Of a stretch of DNA of 64,000 nucleotides, positions 45,506 to 58,844 are shown piece by piece. Source of the stretch: Allosphingosinicella sp. (GTDB lineage: Bacteria; Pseudomonadota; Alphaproteobacteria; Sphingomonadales; Sphingomonadaceae). Position numbers and translations under genes: made by a program. The notes under the pieces were generated by a model. The model ran no database searches. It was not told the DNA's origin and worked only from the letters and a program-made list of their open reading frames with translations. The stretch spans positions 1,962 through 65,961 of the forward strand of contig DASVSD010000015.1 of the NCBI GenBank assembly GCA_036388255.1. The letters run 5' to 3'. Positions within the stretch are counted from its first letter, which is position 1; each line of letters opens with the position of its first letter.

Positions 45506-48127
45506 ATGTTGAGAGCTCGGTTGGTCGCCACGGTGGCGGCGTGCGCTTTATTGTCTGCTTGCGGCGCCGGTGGGGGCGGCGGAATCAATCCGACGCCCAC
45601 GCCGGTGCCGGCTCCGCCTGCTCCGCCACCCCCGCCTCCGCCACCGCCGCCGCCGCCCCCGCCGCCTCCGGCTCCCGCGTCGAACAGCAGCCTCGCCAAT
45701 CTCCAGGTCAGCGAGAGCTTCCCCAACGACACCGCGACCGCGACCGCCTCCTTTCCCCGCGCCGGCGGCGCGCCGACGACGGACACGGCTCTCGCCACCG
45801 GGACGATCAGCTACGACGCCGGTTCGCAAAGCTATACGCTGACCGCCGGCGGGCGCTCGCTCGCCTTCACGCCCGCCCACATCGACGCGTCGCAGACGAC
45901 CGCCACCCTCACCGTCTACAAAAGGGTCAGCGGCTCGACCGTCGACAGCCTGACGCTGACCAATGCCGGCGGATCCGGCCGCTTCACCTACACCTATGTC
46001 GGCGGCGCCTTCTGGCAGCGAACGGCCGAGAGCAGCTCGACGATCAGCGGATCGTTCGACGCCGTCGCCTACGGCGTCCGTACGCCCGCCCAGGCCGTCC
46101 CGCGGACCGGCACCGGCGAATATGCAGTCGACCTCGTCGGGGTGGAGTCGGTGAACGACAATGTCGCCGCCGTGACCGGCCAGGGGATCGTTCAGGTCGA
46201 CTTTGCGAGCGGCGCCGTGGCGACCGTCGGGACGATGGGCGCGCCGATCACCGGCGCGACCGTCTTTTCGGGCGAAGCCCGCCTGGCGAGCAGCACGAAC
46301 GGCTTCACCGGCACCTTCCGCTACGGCGACTTCGGGGAGCTCTCCGGCAGCATCAACGGCGCCTTCTACGGCCCGACCGCCCAGGAAGTGGGCGCCGCCT
46401 ATGCGGTGAGGCAGGGCGACGGCCGCGTCGCCGCCGGAGTCCTGGTCGGCCGCAGCCAGGCGCCCACGGGATCGAACGCGACGGTGACGAACCTCACCGC
46501 CAATGCCTTCTTGCCGAGCGACGCCGCGCGGCTGTCGACGACCCTGACCGGCTCGTCGGGATGGAACGTGAATTCGGGGACGTTCAGCAACAGCGCGGCC
46601 GCCCCCAGCGCGGTCGCGGTGATCTATGACAGCGCCCAGCGCAGCTACTCGCTGATCGCTCCCGACCGGTCGCAATATTTCGGCCCGGATCGGCCGGGCG
46701 GCACGCCCGCGCTGGACCGGGGCCAGGGCACCGTCCGCGAGGTGCTGAGCTTCCCGGCAGCGCCCGACCCGGCGCTGGTGACCAACAGCCAGCTGCTCCA
46801 GGGCCTCCAATATGCGCGCGCCGCGCGCTGGCTCGTATCGCAGGGGAGCGGCGGCGCGACCAGCTACAGCATCACCGATTTCGCTTACGGCATCGCCACG
46901 CCCAATGCGGCGGTCCCGCGGACCGGGACCGGCGGCTTCGTGATCGGGCTGAGCGGCTCGGCGGCCGACGGCGACTATGCCAATCTGATGAACATCTCGG
47001 GAGGCGGCACCGCGCTCGTCGATTTCGGCGCGGGCACGCTGACCGGAAGCGGCAGGATGGCGTTCCGCGAGGATTTCAGCCTCGCCGGCCGCGCCACCCG
47101 GACCGCCGACGGCACCTTCACCCTCAACGCGGCCTTGTCGAGCGCGGCGAACGGCTTTTCCGGCACACTCGCCTTCACCGGCATCGGCAATTATTCGGGC
47201 GGGCTGACCGGCCGGCTCTTCGGCCCCGCCGCGGAGGAGATCGGCGGATCGTTCACCGCGAGCGACGGCAGCGGCGGAAGCGCGAGCGGCTCGCTCGTCG
47301 GCCGGCGCGATCCCAGCCTGACCGAACCGGTCCCGGCGCTGCGCGACCTGACCGGCTTCACCCGGCTGCAGGCGCTCGGCATCCAGAACCCGTCGTTGCG
47401 GAATATCGATGACGCCTATTTCGCCTACGATGCGAACAGCCGCACCTATTCCTATCATTCCTCCGGCCCGATCAACGTCCCGGCCTACGCCTACCAGTTC
47501 GGGCCGGCCCAGGCGGTGGCCGCGGAGACCAATGCGACGTTCAGCGGCTATGCCGGGACCGGGCCGGCCGGCCAGTTCACGGAGACTGACAGCTTCACCG
47601 CTTCGCTGTTCAATCCGACGCCCGACAATCCGCGCATCGCGCTGACCTACACCAGCTATGCCGACATCACGGTGGTCAACAGCTTCGGGCACCGCAACCG
47701 GCAATGGGTGGTGTACGGCTCGGTCGCGCCCGCATCGCAGCGGCCGCGTTCGGGGACCGGCCAATATTCCGGAATCGTGTTCGGCCATGGCGACCTGACC
47801 GGGGCGCCGATCGACGTCCAGGGAAGCGCCACCTTGTCGGTCGACTTCGGCGAGCACACCGTCAGCTCGCTTGTGACGCTCGATACCCGGCCCGCGGGGA
47901 CCGGCCCGTTCACGCGCTACGGGGTGATCGACTATCGCGGCGGGTTCACCAGCGAGAACCTGTACACCGCCCATGTCTTCGGCGACTCTGAGGCCCAAGG
48001 CTACCTCCAGGGGCGCTTTTTCGGTCCCAACGCGGCGGAATTCGGCTTTCTCTTCGGCTTCACCCGTTTCGACGGGACGGGACCGCGGATCAGCGTCGTC
48101 GGCGGCGCGGTCGGTACGCGGGACTGA
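45506..48127 (+). CDS. TbpB/HupA-like surface lipoprotein with three handle-barrel modules
   Basis: Lipobox LSAC; poly-Gly/poly-Pro tether; 3x (PRxGTG ... VDF ... GxxF/YGPxAxExG). Confidence 0.8.
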   Translation: MLRARLVATVAACALLSACGAGGGGGINPTPTPVPAPPAPPPPPPPPPPPPPPPPAPASNSSLANLQVSESFPNDTATATASFPRAGGAPTTDTALATGTISYDAGSQSYTLTAGGRSLAFTPAHIDASQTTATLTVYKRVSGSTVDSLTLTNAGGSGRFTYTYVGGAFWQRTAESSSTISGSFDAVAYGVRTPAQAVPRTGTGEYAVDLVGVESVNDNVAAVTGQGIVQVDFASGAVATVGTMGAPITGATVFSGEARLASSTNGFTGTFRYGDFGELSGSINGAFYGPTAQEVGAAYAVRQGDGRVAAGVLVGRSQAPTGSNATVTNLTANAFLPSDAARLSTTLTGSSGWNVNSGTFSNSAAAPSAVAVIYDSAQRSYSLIAPDRSQYFGPDRPGGTPALDRGQGTVREVLSFPAAPDPALVTNSQLLQGLQYARAARWLVSQGSGGATSYSITDFAYGIATPNAAVPRTGTGGFVIGLSGSAADGDYANLMNISGGGTALVDFGAGTLTGSGRMAFREDFSLAGRATRTADGTFTLNAALSSAANGFSGTLAFTGIGNYSGGLTGRLFGPAAEEIGGSFTASDGSGGSASGSLVGRRDPSLTEPVPALRDLTGFTRLQALGIQNPSLRNIDDAYFAYDANSRTYSYHSSGPINVPAYAYQFGPAQAVAAETNATFSGYAGTGPAGQFTETDSFTASLFNPTPDNPRIALTYTSYADITVVNSFGHRNRQWVVYGSVAPASQRPRSGTGQYSGIVFGHGDLTGAPIDVQGSATLSVDFGEHTVSSLVTLDTRPAGTGPFTRYGVIDYRGGFTSENLYTAHVFGDSEAQGYLQGRFFGPNAAEFGFLFGFTRFDGTGPRISVVGGAVGTRD

Positions 48128-49455
48128 TGCGCCTCCCGTCCCGCGCTCTCGGCGCCGCTTCGGCGGCGCTCTTGTGCTGCGCCGCGCCCGCTTTCGGCCA
48201 GTCGCCGCCGGAGACCCGCACCGGGCTCTCGGCCGCCGAAGTCATGGCGTTTGCCGAGCGTGCATCCGCCGCCGGCGACGCCGACTCGGCGATCGCCGCT
48301 TATACCTCTCTCGCTGCCGATCCCGACATCGACGTGCGCAGCGAGGCGCGCTGGCGCCACGGACGCCTGCTCGCCGCCCGGGGCGACCATGCAGGGGCGG
48401 CCTTGCTCTACCGGCGGATCCTCGACGAGCGCCCCGATGCAGGCCGCGTCCGGATCGAGCTCGCCCAGGTCCTGGTCCGGCTGGGGGACGAGGGGGCGGC
48501 CGCCCGGCAGCTGCGCCAGGCCCAGGCCGGCGGCCTGCCAAGCGCGCTTGCTCTGGTGGTGAACCAGTTCGCCGGAGCGCTGCGCGCCCGCCAGCCGTTC
48601 GGAGGCTCTTTCTCGTTCGCGCTCGTCCCGGACAGCAACATCAATCGAGCGACCGACGCGCAGACGCTCGACACGGTGATCGCGCCGCTCGAACTCTCTG
48701 AGGAGGCGCGCGCCCAGTCCGGGATCGGCCTCAGGACGGGGGGCCAGGCATTCGCCCGCGTCCGGCTTACCGACAGCATCAACCTGCTGCCCCGAATCTC
48801 CGGCGAGGCCGAGCTCTATCGGCAGAGCCAGTTCAACGACATCGCGATCTCCGCTGCGATCGGCCTCGAGATCAATGGCGCCGCCGACCGCTTTCGCCCG
48901 TCGATCGCCCGAAGCGCGCGCTTCTACGGGGGTGACCTCCACTCCCGAACCGCGTCGGCCTCGCTCAACTGGCTGCACGCGATCGGGCGCGAGGCGCAGC
49001 TCGACGCCACCGTCTCGATCGCCCGCGCCGACTATCGGGTGAACGACCTGCAGGACGCCTGGCTGTTCGATCTCTCGACCAGCTACGAGCGCGCCTTCGA
49101 CTCGCGCTCGGGAGGCGCGGTGTCCCTGAACGCGTCGCGCCAGGCGGCGCGCGACGCCGGCTATTCGACGGCTGCGGGAGGAGCGTCCCTGCTCTACTGG
49201 CGCGATCTCGGCCGCCTCACCGTCTTCGCGTCGGCGGGCCTGCGCCGCCTGGAAGGCGACGCTCGGCTCTTCCTGTTCACCGACCGCCGCAAGGAATGGC
49301 TGTACAGCCTCGCGGCGGGCGGCACCTTCCGCCACTTCACGGTCAATGGGTTCGCCCCGCTGGTCCGCCTGAGCTACGAACGCAATGCCTCGACCGTCGG
49401 CATCTACGATTACCGGCGCACGTCGGTGAACTTCGGGATCACGCGAGCCTTCTAG
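48127..49455 (+). CDS. Surface lipoprotein assembly modulator (Slam/DUF560, T11SS)
   Basis: Signal peptide; N-terminal TPR (RVRIELA); PDSNINRAT; barrel ending RNAST..YDY...ITRAF; TGATG-coupled to the lipoprotein. Confidence 0.85.
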   Translation: MRLPSRALGAASAALLCCAAPAFGQSPPETRTGLSAAEVMAFAERASAAGDADSAIAAYTSLAADPDIDVRSEARWRHGRLLAARGDHAGAALLYRRILDERPDAGRVRIELAQVLVRLGDEGAAARQLRQAQAGGLPSALALVVNQFAGALRARQPFGGSFSFALVPDSNINRATDAQTLDTVIAPLELSEEARAQSGIGLRTGGQAFARVRLTDSINLLPRISGEAELYRQSQFNDIAISAAIGLEINGAADRFRPSIARSARFYGGDLHSRTASASLNWLHAIGREAQLDATVSIARADYRVNDLQDAWLFDLSTSYERAFDSRSGGAVSLNASRQAARDAGYSTAAGGASLLYWRDLGRLTVFASAGLRRLEGDARLFLFTDRRKEWLYSLAAGGTFRHFTVNGFAPLVRLSYERNASTVGIYDYRRTSVNFGITRAF

Positions 49456-49480
49456 CCGTCCGGATAGCGGGCCTTTCGCA

Positions 49481-50959
49481 TCAGCCGACGCGGAACGTCA
49501 TTGCCGCGCCGGGGGCGCTGATCGCGCTGAGCGAAAGGCCGGACGGCGTTCCGTCCCACCATTTGACGTGCGGCGTCGTCAGATCGGAAACCTTGTCCTT
49601 ATGGCCTGCCCAGAACAGGTCGTGGGCGTCGCCGATATCGGCTTTGCCTTCGAGCTCGCCGAGGCCGTCGGCCTGGACCAATGCGCATTCGTAATGGGCC
49701 CGCGCGGTGCCGGCCTGGTCGCTGTTGCTGCCCCGCTGGTCGACGTGCCAGACGGCGAGGCCGGCGGCGCCGAGCAGGGCGTCCCGCCCCGCCGAGGCGC
49801 GATTTTCGATGATGTAATATTCGCGGTCGTTGCGGCGGTGGAGCGCGAACTCGTTGCGGCCGGCGCGAAGCGTCACCGTGGTCCCGTTCGTCAGCCTCGT
49901 CACCGAGGTCGCCCAGCCCGCCGCATGCTTCAGATAGGCGCCGACCTGCGCCGGATTCTTGCTGCGCTCGTCGCTCCCGCCGAAGCACATCAGGCAGAAT
50001 TTGCCCGCGCCGTACGAATCCTGCCCGTAATCGTAGAGATCCGGGAAGTCGCAGATCATGTGGCCGTTCTCGTGGCAGAAGGTGCCGAGGCTGAGCTCGT
50101 CGCCGATGTCCGTGATCTGATAGTCCCGGATCTTCCGGCTGCTGCTCAGGCTGAACGCGCTCGGCAGCGTGTGGGCATGCGGCCACAGCCCCTGGCTCCA
50201 ATTGTTCTCGCACACCCCGGCGTAGAGCACGTTGAGCGCATAGACGAACCGCTTGCGGTCGGCGGTCAGCGGCGCCGGATTGAAGCCCTTGGCCTTGAGG
50301 TCCTGGAGGGCCTCCTCGATCAGCTCGGCGGCTCGCCTGGGATAGCGCTTGGTCTCGTCCGTATAATGCGAGCGCGGGTGCTTCGCGCGATAATAAGGCA
50401 TGACGATGTTGGTGTAATCGAGCTTGCCGTCGGAAACGTCGCGGAAATAGTCGCGTACCGAGCCGGAATTGCCGAAGCCGCTATAGCCGGGCCGGTTGCA
50501 GAAGGCTTCGATCTCGTCGCGCGAGATCGTCGCCGGCTCGTCCGAAAAGTCGATCAGCAGGGTCAGGCCGACGAAGGTGCCGACGGTCTGGCGCGCCGGC
50601 GGCGCGGGAAGCGCGCCCGCGGCTTCCTCGGCGGCGCGCAGCGCGCCCTGGAACTCGGCGCGCCGCTCCCGCCAGCGCGGCCCTTCGGTGGGCAGCCCCT
50701 TCATCGCCGCCTGGGCCATCGAGAGCAGCCCGCCGCCGCCGCCGGTCGCGCCCGCCGTGCCGATTGACCGGCCGATCGCAGCGGCGCCGGAGCCGGTCGG
50801 CTCGATCGCACGGTAGAAGCCGCTATCCTCCCTGACGATCGGCCGGCCGTCGAGCGTCGCGAAGCGCGCCTCGTGCTGGTCGCCGGTCCCGATCGCTTCC
50901 AGCGTGCTGCCGTCGGGCTGGGTCAGGGTGAAGGTCTTGCGCCTGAACGGAATCGACAT
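49481..50959 (-). CDS. M6 family (immune inhibitor A-like) metalloprotease
   Basis: TQPDG propeptide motif, LIDFSD, GSVRDYF, LWPH, FCHENGH, PDLYD. Confidence 0.88.
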   Translation of the reverse strand: MSIPFRRKTFTLTQPDGSTLEAIGTGDQHEARFATLDGRPIVREDSGFYRAIEPTGSGAAAIGRSIGTAGATGGGGGLLSMAQAAMKGLPTEGPRWRERRAEFQGALRAAEEAAGALPAPPARQTVGTFVGLTLLIDFSDEPATISRDEIEAFCNRPGYSGFGNSGSVRDYFRDVSDGKLDYTNIVMPYYRAKHPRSHYTDETKRYPRRAAELIEEALQDLKAKGFNPAPLTADRKRFVYALNVLYAGVCENNWSQGLWPHAHTLPSAFSLSSSRKIRDYQITDIGDELSLGTFCHENGHMICDFPDLYDYGQDSYGAGKFCLMCFGGSDERSKNPAQVGAYLKHAAGWATSVTRLTNGTTVTLRAGRNEFALHRRNDREYYIIENRASAGRDALLGAAGLAVWHVDQRGSNSDQAGTARAHYECALVQADGLGELEGKADIGDAHDLFWAGHKDKVSDLTTPHVKWWDGTPSGLSLSAISAPGAAMTFRVG

Positions 50960-51092
50960 CTCTTCGCTCCTCCCCGGCCCGCGCCGGGTCGGCGCGAGGC
51001 GAATTGATGATAAGCGGCACGCGACTCGGAGGGAGGATGCCAGAGGGACGGCCTGGTCGCAATCGGCCGCGCGTCTAAAGGCCGACCAGGCG

Positions 51093-51128
51093 AAAAAGCG
51101 TCCGCCGGCAGCAATTGCCGGCGGACGC
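51093..51128 (-). terminator. Rho-independent terminator
   Basis: 13-bp perfect stem GCGTCCGCCGGCA/TGCCGGCGGACGC followed by TTTTT on the minus strand. Confidence 0.75.
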
Positions 51129-51139
51129 CCACCCCCCGT

Positions 51140-51730
51140 TCAAGGTCTCTGAGCCGGACGTTCGGTCGACTGGGTGTTTGTCGCCGGCGTGCGTTCGGAT
51201 CCCGCCTGGGTCGTCGGCGAAGTACGATTTGTAGTGCCGTTTGCGCTGTTGCTCCTTTCGGTGGTGGAACGTTGCGCCACCTCCGGAAGGCACAATTTTT
51301 CGGCGAGGCCGCTGGCCACCCACAGCAGCAATGCGCCGCCGAGGAACATAGCGAACCACGCCGGGGCCTTGGCCAGTGCGTCGACGAGGCCCTTGAGCGC
51401 GTCGAGGAATTTCACCGGGTCGCCGACATTGTCCGTAAAATTCGTATTGGTGTCGGTGGCATTCCACGTCCTCCGAAGCGCGGCGATGCCATTGCCGAGC
51501 GCCAGCAGCAGCGCGACCACCAGGAATGCGAGCGCCGTGTAGACGATGATGTCGCCATAAGCGTTGCAAAAGTCGGTCACCCACGCGGATGCCGGGCGGC
51601 CCCCGGATCCGCTCGTGCCGGCTGCCGTGTTGGATACGTTACCGGCTGCATTCGAGGCGTTGGCGGCCGCGGATCCGGTCGGATTCCCGCCGACTGCATT
51701 CGCAGCTGTGATGCTGTTATTTGCCATCAT
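51140..51730 (-). CDS. Hypothetical two-TM membrane protein
   Basis: GGAGGG RBS; Asn/Ala-rich N-terminus; two hydrophobic helices; lower GC. Confidence 0.65.
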   Translation of the reverse strand: MMANNSITAANAVGGNPTGSAAANASNAAGNVSNTAAGTSGSGGRPASAWVTDFCNAYGDIIVYTALAFLVVALLLALGNGIAALRRTWNATDTNTNFTDNVGDPVKFLDALKGLVDALAKAPAWFAMFLGGALLLWVASGLAEKLCLPEVAQRSTTERSNSANGTTNRTSPTTQAGSERTPATNTQSTERPAQRP

Positions 51731-51817
51731 TCCCTCCGTTTACATCACACGTCCCTCGCGACGACTGCGCTGCGCTGTGTCCCAGCGGACACGCGCGCGG
51801 TCGCCCCGGTTTTACGC

Positions 51818-52921
51818 TCACCGGCCTCCGAAAATGTCGAACGTGGTGCCGACGAAGAACGCGACGCTGAACTCGTTCTCCCGATCAGACCGATAGCCGA
51901 ATCTTACGCCGCCGTTCAGACCACCCTCGCCGTCGGGCGTGTAGTAGACGGGGACATCGACGCCGACGACGTCGTCGATGACGTCGTACGTGACGATCGG
52001 GGCCACGGCGAAATTGCCCAGATTGCCGTCCGCTCCCAGGATACGATGACGCAGGCCGACCGCGAGAAGCAGATTTTCGTTACGCGTCGGTCCGGCCGTT
52101 CGCATGTCCGGGCATTCCGCTTCCGGATCGGTCGTGCCCGGCGGGCAGACGCGTTCCTCTTCGGCCGCCTCGAACGCCCGCTGGTAGGAAACCGAGCCGG
52201 TCAGCGCAGTGTGGCTGCCCGGCAAATAGCGCGCGACGTGCGCCGCAACCGACCAGTCCGTCCGCCGCTCCTTCCGCGGGACCAGCGAAACGCGGTCGAA
52301 CCATTCGAATTCATTGGACCCGATGCTCGCATCGATGCCGAAATCAGTGGCTGCCGGATACCCGCGCTGGTTCTTGCGATAATTGGTCCTGTCGTACCAG
52401 TTCATGGCATAGTTCGAGTCGTCGCATCGTTCGCCGTCCCGATTGTCGTCTCTCCGCGGTAATGTGTCCCAGCAGACCAGGCTGGCTCGATCCTCGACGC
52501 GTCGCTGCGCTTCACTCGGACGACCGACTCGAATATCAAAATAGCCCCAGCTGAGCGTAACCCTGCTACCATTCGCTAGAGCATCGAGAGACGCCGGCAT
52601 GGCGTTGTCGCCATCGCCCAGCGGCGTTGATGCGCTGAGCGAAAAGCGGCTTGCTGTCGACGGGAGGTCGGGAAGCGCAACGCGAAACGTCAACTGGCCG
52701 TCGTCGGTGCCGCTGGAAACCTGCAGTTGCCCGCCTCTTAGCGCACCAAAGCGATCGGCCGGTCCATCCGTGCCGCGGGAAACAGCAGGCGGCTGTTTCG
52801 GATCTTCGGCCGTTGGCGCCGGCGCCGGCGTCTGAACCGAGGGCTGTGCGAAGGCTGGAGCGGACGCGAGGCAGAGACCGAGCGTCGGCATCAGCGCTTT
52901 ACAGAGGCGACGGCCCGTCAC
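51818..52921 (-). CDS. Hypothetical exported, possibly outer-membrane beta-barrel protein
   Basis: Signal peptide (APAFA-Q); amphipathic strands; C-terminal VAFFVGTTFDIF; GTGA overlap with the upstream gene. Confidence 0.65.
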   Translation of the reverse strand: MTGRRLCKALMPTLGLCLASAPAFAQPSVQTPAPAPTAEDPKQPPAVSRGTDGPADRFGALRGGQLQVSSGTDDGQLTFRVALPDLPSTASRFSLSASTPLGDGDNAMPASLDALANGSRVTLSWGYFDIRVGRPSEAQRRVEDRASLVCWDTLPRRDDNRDGERCDDSNYAMNWYDRTNYRKNQRGYPAATDFGIDASIGSNEFEWFDRVSLVPRKERRTDWSVAAHVARYLPGSHTALTGSVSYQRAFEAAEEERVCPPGTTDPEAECPDMRTAGPTRNENLLLAVGLRHRILGADGNLGNFAVAPIVTYDVIDDVVGVDVPVYYTPDGEGGLNGGVRFGYRSDRENEFSVAFFVGTTFDIFGGR

Positions 52922-53232
52922 AGCCGGAACCTCACGTTGGCGTGCACGACCGCCGCGGGACCATATATCTCGAGGGTGATGCTTTTCCGAAGCGTGTCGT
53001 CGCAGAAGATCTTGAGACGTAGGATCGAACCAATTGGTCCAACCAAGGTGTAATATAATCTATGCAGAGAACCATCGCCGCAGGCTCCCTCAACATCGTC
53101 CGTGCCGATATACACTGGAGGATCGGTCCCCTCCTGGGGGAGCATTCGAATGTTTTGTCGGTGATCGTCCAGTTGGAACCGGAACTCGCCCAAGCCGTCG
53201 GCCGGCGTGGCTTCCACTCTGATCGTGCCCAT
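52918..53232 (-). CDS. Hypothetical protein
   Basis: GGGAGG RBS; lower GC; coupled to the downstream gene. Confidence 0.5.
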   Translation of the reverse strand: MGTIRVEATPADGLGEFRFQLDDHRQNIRMLPQEGTDPPVYIGTDDVEGACGDGSLHRLYYTLVGPIGSILRLKIFCDDTLRKSITLEIYGPAAVVHANVRFRL

Positions 53233-53404
53233 TACCACCTCCCTGGTTGAAGCATACATATGGCTCACCAGGACGGCTCAATCCGTGACGGTCGTCACGC
53301 CCGGCTCGGATTTTCGCTGCCCGCGCCCACCTTGCCCCCGCGTCCCCGCGCCCCCATCTCCGCGTCACCCGCGTTGACGCGTCGCGCGCGCTCCTTTAGC
53401 TTCG

Positions 53405-53419
53405 GAACAAAACTGGAAC
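53405..53419. promoter_or_regulatory. Alphaproteobacterial LexA (SOS) box
   Basis: GAAC-AAAACTG-GAAC (GAAC-N7-GAAC) 10 nt upstream of uvrA. Confidence 0.85.
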
Positions 53420-53429
53420 TGCACCGGCC

Positions 53430-56510
<3,081 letters not shown>

Positions 56511-56579
56511 CGGCTGATTCCGCTCCGGGGCCTCGTTAGCGCGCTTGCGAGCGGCCGGCTGGGCGGCGATACTTAGACC

Positions 56580-57142
56580 GTGCGCAGACTGTTCCGCCTC
56601 GGATGCTTCGTCGCTCTCGCATCGACGTCCTCCGTAGCTGAGATCGCGGCCGCATGCACGGTCCTCCCCGGCCGCGCACCGCCGCGGAAAGCGAAGCGGA
56701 CTTCGCCGCGCGACGCGACGCCTGGTACCGCAACCTCGCCGAACGCCAGAGGCAGCAGGCCCTCCCCCGATGGGCGGCCGAGGAAGACCGCCTCTGGGCG
56801 ACGGCGCGGAGGATCGTGCTCGCCCGCATCGAAAGCGTCGGGTCGACATATCTGCGCGGCAGCGAGGGGCAGAGGTACCAATCGCCGCTGGTGACGCTCC
56901 GCCCGATCCGATGGCTCAGGGGCTCCAGCTCCGCGCGGCGGCTCAGGGTCCACTTCCTGTCGGCCGACAGCTGCGATCACGGTGCCGGCAACGCCCCCTA
57001 TGGCCGTGTCGGGGATGTCTTCCTGCTGTTCTACGGCCCAGGCCCGCCCAATCCCCGCAACGTCCTCGACACCTTGGGCAGGGGCCGGGCGGTGACGCAG
57101 CGCACGCAACGCGCGTTCGGGATTGACGGCGGCCTGCATTGA
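56580..57142 (+). pseudogene. Hypothetical secreted protein, apparently frameshifted
   Basis: Signal-peptide frame (56580) and body frame (56654-57142) join if one C is added in CTCCCC at ~56664-56669. Confidence 0.5.
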
Positions 57143-57193
57143 CCACCCCTCCGCCGCGTTGAGCCGCGGAGCCCGGCCGGTACCCGGCCAGGC

Positions 57194-57234
57194 GACAGTC
57201 ACGCCCGGCCCGTGACAGTCACGTGACTGTCACC
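57194..57234. repeat. GTGACAGTCAC palindromic mini-repeats
   Basis: GACAGTCACG, then GTGACAGTCAC-GTGACTGTCAC, at the left edge of the lower-GC islet. Confidence 0.65.
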
Positions 57235-57416
57235 GCCGCACGTAACTTTCCTCTCCGATGGCCCGGTCTAGAGAAATTTTGTCTTCCCCTTCTTTGGTTG
57301 CTAAATCCGGACGTCTAGCTCGCTAGGGGCTATATGCAGCACAGCTCGTCATACAGCTTGCTTGGAAGCGGCAGAATGCTAAAGTTCTCAGTTTCGGCTG
57401 AGGGGGCTGTGCCGAT

Positions 57417-58844
57417 ATGGTGGATTCCGTCAATGCCGCGCTTGCGGACGTCGATCGCTTTCTGGAACAAAAGGGACCGGACTACGAGCGATTTCTTGAG
57501 GATGTTCTACGGGAGCTGGCTCGGTATCGTGAACGTCGAAAAAACTCTTCTGTAGTATATCGGGTCTATAGTCGCGCCGACAAACAAGCGCGTGGCGAGA
57601 GGCTAAAGAGCCGATTAGGAATAGCTACGAAGCTGGCAGAATGGAGGGAGAAGAACTCGAGATGCAAAGTAAGCGAAATACACGATATTATTGGTATTAC
57701 GGTTGTAGTGTACTTTGAAAAAGAGATTCCTATATTCTGCCACGGCTTAACCGATATGAGATCAGACGTTTTCGAGATTGTAAGCGATGAGCTGATATCC
57801 AAGGACGACTATAACGCGAGACATATAATAGTTGGTAAGAGGGTCGGTGCAGCGCGCGAACGGTTGTCGGTGAAACTCTTATGCGAGATCCAGGTAAAGT
57901 CGCTTTTACATGATGGGTGGGCGACTCGTACACACGACTTAACATATAAGACTAAAGAGCGAAAGGACCCTAGAATCGAAGAGCAGGTTTCTGCTCTTAC
58001 AAAGCTGGTAAAGTCTCTGGAGGAGCAGAGCGATGTTCTCCGCTCATATATAGTGAAGGACGACGAAGACGATGAAGTCCGACGTGATGGAGCAGTGTCT
58101 CAACTCTTTTTTCAAACAACGCAGCGGCCAGCGACGGAAACTGAGAGCGAAATTTCCGACATGGCTAGTGCTCTTTTAGGCGGCCGCGACTATTTCGCCA
58201 AGTGCCCAGAAAATGATCCGTTGCTTGTAGCTCTACTCGACCGCTGGAAGAGAGTAAACTCAACAACCGGAGAGTGCCGCGTCGTAAGCCGATTCATGGT
58301 CTTGCTGGCACTGGTCCGCACAGCGCGAGACTTTGACTCCGAAGCTATTGAGACAATCGAGAGTTGGATCGAACGATCGACGTCTAATGAAGAAAGAGCC
58401 GGGGCCCTCACATATAAAGCTCTGGCGCTTTGGGCGCTCGGGGACTTGGCGAGGGCAATCGACGCGGCTAGGGTTGCGGTGCGTTACTTAGATGACAATG
58501 GGCTGAAATCAAGAAAGTTTAGGGCTAATCTAGCTTATTATGTTGCTGAACACTTTTTTATTTCGAAGAATGCTGCCGCCGGGGCAAGCGCTCCAGAAGT
58601 AGAAGATTTCTTAAAAATGAGGTTCACTGGCGAAGACGAGCGCAATCGGATGTCCATTCTGGACACTCGCGGCGCAGTTCTCATTATGACAGCCACTGAC
58701 GCCGAGCAGGTCTGGCAGGGTCAGCGCCTCTGCGACAAGGCGCGAAAATGGGCTCAGAAACATGGTGAAGATAAAGCGGTCTTCGAGCTATTCTACGAAT
58801 TGCATGAGCGACGAGCACGCCGACGACTCAGCGAACTCCGGTGA
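57417..58844 (+). CDS. RelA/SpoT synthetase-domain protein with TPR-like C-terminus (lower GC)
   Basis: RLKS...K, HDIIG, DYNARH, EIQVKSLLHDGW...HDLTYK; C-terminal helical repeats (ANLAYY, LDTRGAVL). Confidence 0.8.
   Translation: MVDSVNAALADVDRFLEQKGPDYERFLEDVLRELARYRERRKNSSVVYRVYSRADKQARGERLKSRLGIATKLAEWREKNSRCKVSEIHDIIGITVVVYFEKEIPIFCHGLTDMRSDVFEIVSDELISKDDYNARHIIVGKRVGAARERLSVKLLCEIQVKSLLHDGWATRTHDLTYKTKERKDPRIEEQVSALTKLVKSLEEQSDVLRSYIVKDDEDDEVRRDGAVSQLFFQTTQRPATETESEISDMASALLGGRDYFAKCPENDPLLVALLDRWKRVNSTTGECRVVSRFMVLLALVRTARDFDSEAIETIESWIERSTSNEERAGALTYKALALWALGDLARAIDAARVAVRYLDDNGLKSRKFRANLAYYVAEHFFISKNAAAGASAPEVEDFLKMRFTGEDERNRMSILDTRGAVLIMTATDAEQVWQGQRLCDKARKWAQKHGEDKAVFELFYELHERRARRRLSELR

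Noticed and set aside
45600-45680. CCG-rich tandem tract
   Set aside because: Encodes the poly-Pro tether of the lipoprotein
57334-57555. 73-aa ORF as an antitoxin for the RelA/SpoT gene
   Set aside because: Overlaps the main CDS by ~140 nt in another frame and has no recognisable motif
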